A DNA stretch of 27,150 nucleotides from a virus, in UHGV virus genome UHGV-0189314; one strand, 5' to 3'. Below are positions 24,310 to 27,150 of this stretch, one piece after another. How positions within the stretch are numbered: the stretch's first letter is position 1; every line of letters begins with the position of its first letter. A program made the translations under genes and the position numbers. The notes under the pieces are model-generated. The model saw only the letters and a list, made by a program, of their open reading frames with translations, did no database searches and had not been told where the DNA came from.

Positions 24310-25473
24310 TTGAATATCATCGATATGGAAGGTTTCTGTCAGATCCCGGCAAACCGTGAGCTTACCAGTTCTTACTCAGCATCAACAATCATGTCGTTGC
24401 TGAAAGAGTACGGTGTCACACTCATCACTGAAACAACCATAGGCACCACACCTTCTTCAGTCCAGCGTAGCACGCAGACCGTTTATGGTATCGACAGGTC
24501 GGGGTTGGTTTTAAGTGCAACAGGAGGACGTATTGCATTTAAAGTTCCGCTTCCTGACATAAGTGAGTCTGCCGTGCAAATGGGATTTCGTCTTACTCTG
24601 GGTGAGGGAACAAAATATTCTTCAGGTCTTTCCGTCATTTCGGTGGGAGGGTGTACGTTTTTGACGCCTTATCCGGCAGAAGCCGCCAGTTATTACTACG
24701 AAATTTTTGTTACTTGGGATGGCGTTAAATGCACAGCGGACTTGTATTGCAGTGGAGCCTTGTCGCAAACAGGCACGTTCTCCCCCGCAAGAACAGACAG
24801 CGTATCAGTCACCATTGGGGTAACCAGTGGTTATATTTTTTCCTCAGGCGTTACAGGTACGCTGATGCTGGGAGATATGTACTGCGCAACGGTGGCATAT
24901 AACGACGAAAACATCGCAGAAGCCTCTCCACTGGGTAGTATTGAGGTGAGATACAGTGAGGTTACTCAGTTTGAGGGAGGTCGTGCAGAAAACTCACTGG
25001 GGGAAGATATTGTTACAGGACTGAACACACCGACTAGTGATGCTGGTTACCTGCTGCTGGGGGCGTCCACGGATGCGGCAGTGGCAACGTTTGCTGATAT
25101 TGATAATAGAGGTGGAGAGTTGATTGGCATTAAAACAGCTGTCACATACAGGAGTTCAGCCACGCCAAACAACTATCTGGCGTGGAATACGGGCTGTGAA
25201 AGTGGCAGCGGGGCAATAACAGAAGAGACGGAACTAAACGCTGACCAGTCCAGCTGGACTACGGTTAAACAATGCTTTATGAATCTGCCCGGTAGTGAAG
25301 ATGCTTTCGGTGAGGGGAATCTGACGTTCACGGCCTCCCTGTATAACAGAAAAATATCTGAGGACAATCCTGTATCCCGACACTATCGCGTGATGAGAGA
25401 GGTGCTGAATGTCTCCGGTGTTGAGGAGAAGGATATAGAGGTTGAGGACAATAGTGCAGGTCGATCGCAATGA
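24310..25473 (+). CDS. Hypothetical protein (387 aa), Ser/Thr/Gly-rich, beta-rich; no family recognised
   Basis: Probable TTG start at 24310 (RBS GAGGG 8 nt upstream) or ATG at 24325; 30 nt after the Stf-like gene. No signal peptide or recognisable motif. Candidate distal fibre / receptor-binding component or accessory cargo. Confidence 0.5.
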   Translation: MNIIDMEGFCQIPANRELTSSYSASTIMSLLKEYGVTLITETTIGTTPSSVQRSTQTVYGIDRSGLVLSATGGRIAFKVPLPDISESAVQMGFRLTLGEGTKYSSGLSVISVGGCTFLTPYPAEAASYYYEIFVTWDGVKCTADLYCSGALSQTGTFSPARTDSVSVTIGVTSGYIFSSGVTGTLMLGDMYCATVAYNDENIAEASPLGSIEVRYSEVTQFEGGRAENSLGEDIVTGLNTPTSDAGYLLLGASTDAAVATFADIDNRGGELIGIKTAVTYRSSATPNNYLAWNTGCESGSGAITEETELNADQSSWTTVKQCFMNLPGSEDAFGEGNLTFTASLYNRKISEDNPVSRHYRVMREVLNVSGVEEKDIEVEDNSAGRSQ

Positions 25474-25886
25474 GGATATTTATCGTCGCCAGCGGGACAG
25501 CGGGGGATGAAGCAAGAGCTTAATGACCTGGAGGATTTACGCTCAATCAGAGAGATGACGATTAGTAATTAGCAGTCAATTCTGGGCTTTTGGGTTGCAC
25601 GCTTTTCGCCCAGAATTGTGCGTCAATTATCCCAGAAAAAATTAATAAGTTACAATCAGGCAAAAAATTTCCTCTGCAAAACCAAAAAGATTTTAATATA
25701 ATCAATCGGTTAAAGGCGAAGGCGGCGCAGGCAAATGGTGCAAACAATCATCTAAAAATCTTGTTTTTTGCTTTAAATACAGTTTGTTATTATGTTTTTT
25801 GAGACTCTACCAGAGTGACAACATACGCCCGCTACGGTTTTGCGGGCGTAAGATAATTAAGAATTTTATATGTATTATAATTAACT

Positions 25887-26666
25887 TTATATAAGAGTGT
25901 TTTGCAGCCAGTTTTTTATCGTTATATTGACTTCCTTTGCGTGAGTAATATTTAGAGCATGATTAGCGTCGGGAATGACTTCAAGCTTAGAATGTGCAAT
26001 CATTTTGTGCATTTGAATTGCTTTCTCCAAAGATATCCCCGTATCTCTGGCACCATGAATAATCAGGGTGGGGGTTGTGATTATCTGGATTCTTTCTGAA
26101 ATGTCGTCGCGCTCCAGCATTGCATTCATGGCATTTCTGATGTTTTCAGGCTTATGGCCTAGCCATACTTGTCTCCATGTCTCTGCTTCAGAAATATTAT
26201 TTCCGAAAAAAACGGGTAATAATGAGGAAATTATATTTTCCTTTATGATTGGGTCTTGCCATCCATCACATAACTCCATGTAACTGGAAGCGATTTCTGG
26301 CGGATCCTGCTCTGCCTGAGTTGCCATAAGGATTAACCCTGATAAACGTTCCGAATGTGAAAGAGCAAATCGTAAAGATATATATCCGCCCATTGACATC
26401 CCCCCTAAAACAAACTTATCTAGTTGTAGTAAGTCTGCAACCATTAAAATATCATCGACGATATCATAGAGCGAGAATGCTTCTGTTTTTTCACTGTTTT
26501 TATCAAACCCCCGAACATTAATACAAACAACTCTGTGTTTTTCTTTTAGTTCGTCAAGCTGATATTTAAACATTTCATTATTCATGAAAAATCCATGAAC
26601 GAATATTACAGGGGGATTGTTTTTATTTGTTTCAGTGTATCCAGAATCAGTAAACGTAAAATTCAT
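25887..26666 (-). CDS. Alpha/beta-hydrolase-fold protein (esterase/lipase-type serine hydrolase), low-GC cargo gene
   Basis: HGFF oxyanion-hole motif, nucleophile elbow GGMSMGG (G-x-S-x-G), acidic residue in HGARDTG, and His in DANHALN in the canonical order Ser-Asp-His. RBS GGAGGG upstream of the minus-strand ATG. Strongly AT-rich codon usage unlike the phage structural genes. Confidence 0.8.
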   Translation of the reverse strand: MNFTFTDSGYTETNKNNPPVIFVHGFFMNNEMFKYQLDELKEKHRVVCINVRGFDKNSEKTEAFSLYDIVDDILMVADLLQLDKFVLGGMSMGGYISLRFALSHSERLSGLILMATQAEQDPPEIASSYMELCDGWQDPIIKENIISSLLPVFFGNNISEAETWRQVWLGHKPENIRNAMNAMLERDDISERIQIITTPTLIIHGARDTGISLEKAIQMHKMIAHSKLEVIPDANHALNITHAKEVNITIKNWLQNTLI

Positions 26667-27150
26667 GAGCCCTCCATTATTTAGACGGTTATGTTGTATA
26701 TTTCACTAATGATAGGGAAGAGTTTATTGTTCTGCCGCACAGAAATCTACCTGTCAAAACCCTTCTGACGTTTATCTACCAAGATGGAGATAATATTGTC
26801 AAGTATTCGTTAGGATACAAAAGTATCGGATTAATAGTAAAATCTAAGAAGTATTCGTGCGGCTGTACGCCTCATTGACTTTTCCTTTCTCGCAAGACAT
26901 AGCTAATTCTCGGCACGTTGATGAGCTATTTTCATATATTGTGCAGTAAGCGTTTCTCTCGGAGGTGCCGGCAAGAACAATACATCCTAGGTTTTTCTGA
27001 TTAGTGCCGCTTATGCATCGATGATAAGGGATATTTGTTCTGTGAGCTTGGCGGGAATGGTATCGCCAGCATCATTGGCTTTGGTCCAGTAAAAAGAGAC
27101 GCAGAAAGATGCACAACAGGCACTACGCGTCATGCATGGATTTAGGGCGC

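Noticed and set aside
25590-25802. Small ORFs in the AT-rich spacer (25590-25802 +, 25562-25747 -)
   Set aside because: Mutually overlapping on opposite strands, no RBS, low-complexity translations driven by A/T runs.
27011-27150. Partial minus-strand reading frame running off the right edge (ends ...[11 protein letters not shown])
   Set aside because: Only ~45 codons are visible, Cys-rich and unrecognisable, in AT-rich DNA; cannot be distinguished from chance without downstream sequence.

Overview
This 27.15-kb window reads as the late region (lysis, packaging, virion genes) of a temperate enterobacterial-type phage or prophage, almost all on the + strand. All protein calls come from reading the supplied translations against remembered phage lambda and P2 proteins; no database search or folding program was run. 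Order: tRNA-Gly(UCC) (7-81); an AT-rich leader with several intrinsic-terminator hairpins (82-817); a lysis cassette of two holin-like membrane proteins and a GH108-type endolysin (818-2025), then two tiny membrane/lipoprotein ORFs; a lambda-like cos site (cosN-like ~3256-3269, cosB-like repeats to ~3455); a lambda-type packaging/head/neck module Nu1-A-W-B-C(Nu3)-D-E-FI-FII-Z-(U-like) (3488-12826); then, with no gap, a P2 / R-type-pyocin-type contractile-tail module V-W-J-I-H-tfa-sheath-tube-E/E'-T-U-X-D (12810-23037). Downstream lie a second, lambda-Stf-like tail-fibre gene with internal tandem repeats (23062-24279), an unrecognised 387-aa protein (24310-25473), and an AT-rich segment with a minus-strand alpha/beta-hydrolase (25887-26666). 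No rRNA, CRISPR array, IS element, integrase or reverse transcriptase was seen. The most promising leads are the second-fibre/unknown-protein/hydrolase cargo end, the 4 x 138-bp repeat in the scaffold domain, and the siphovirus-head/myovirus-tail junction.
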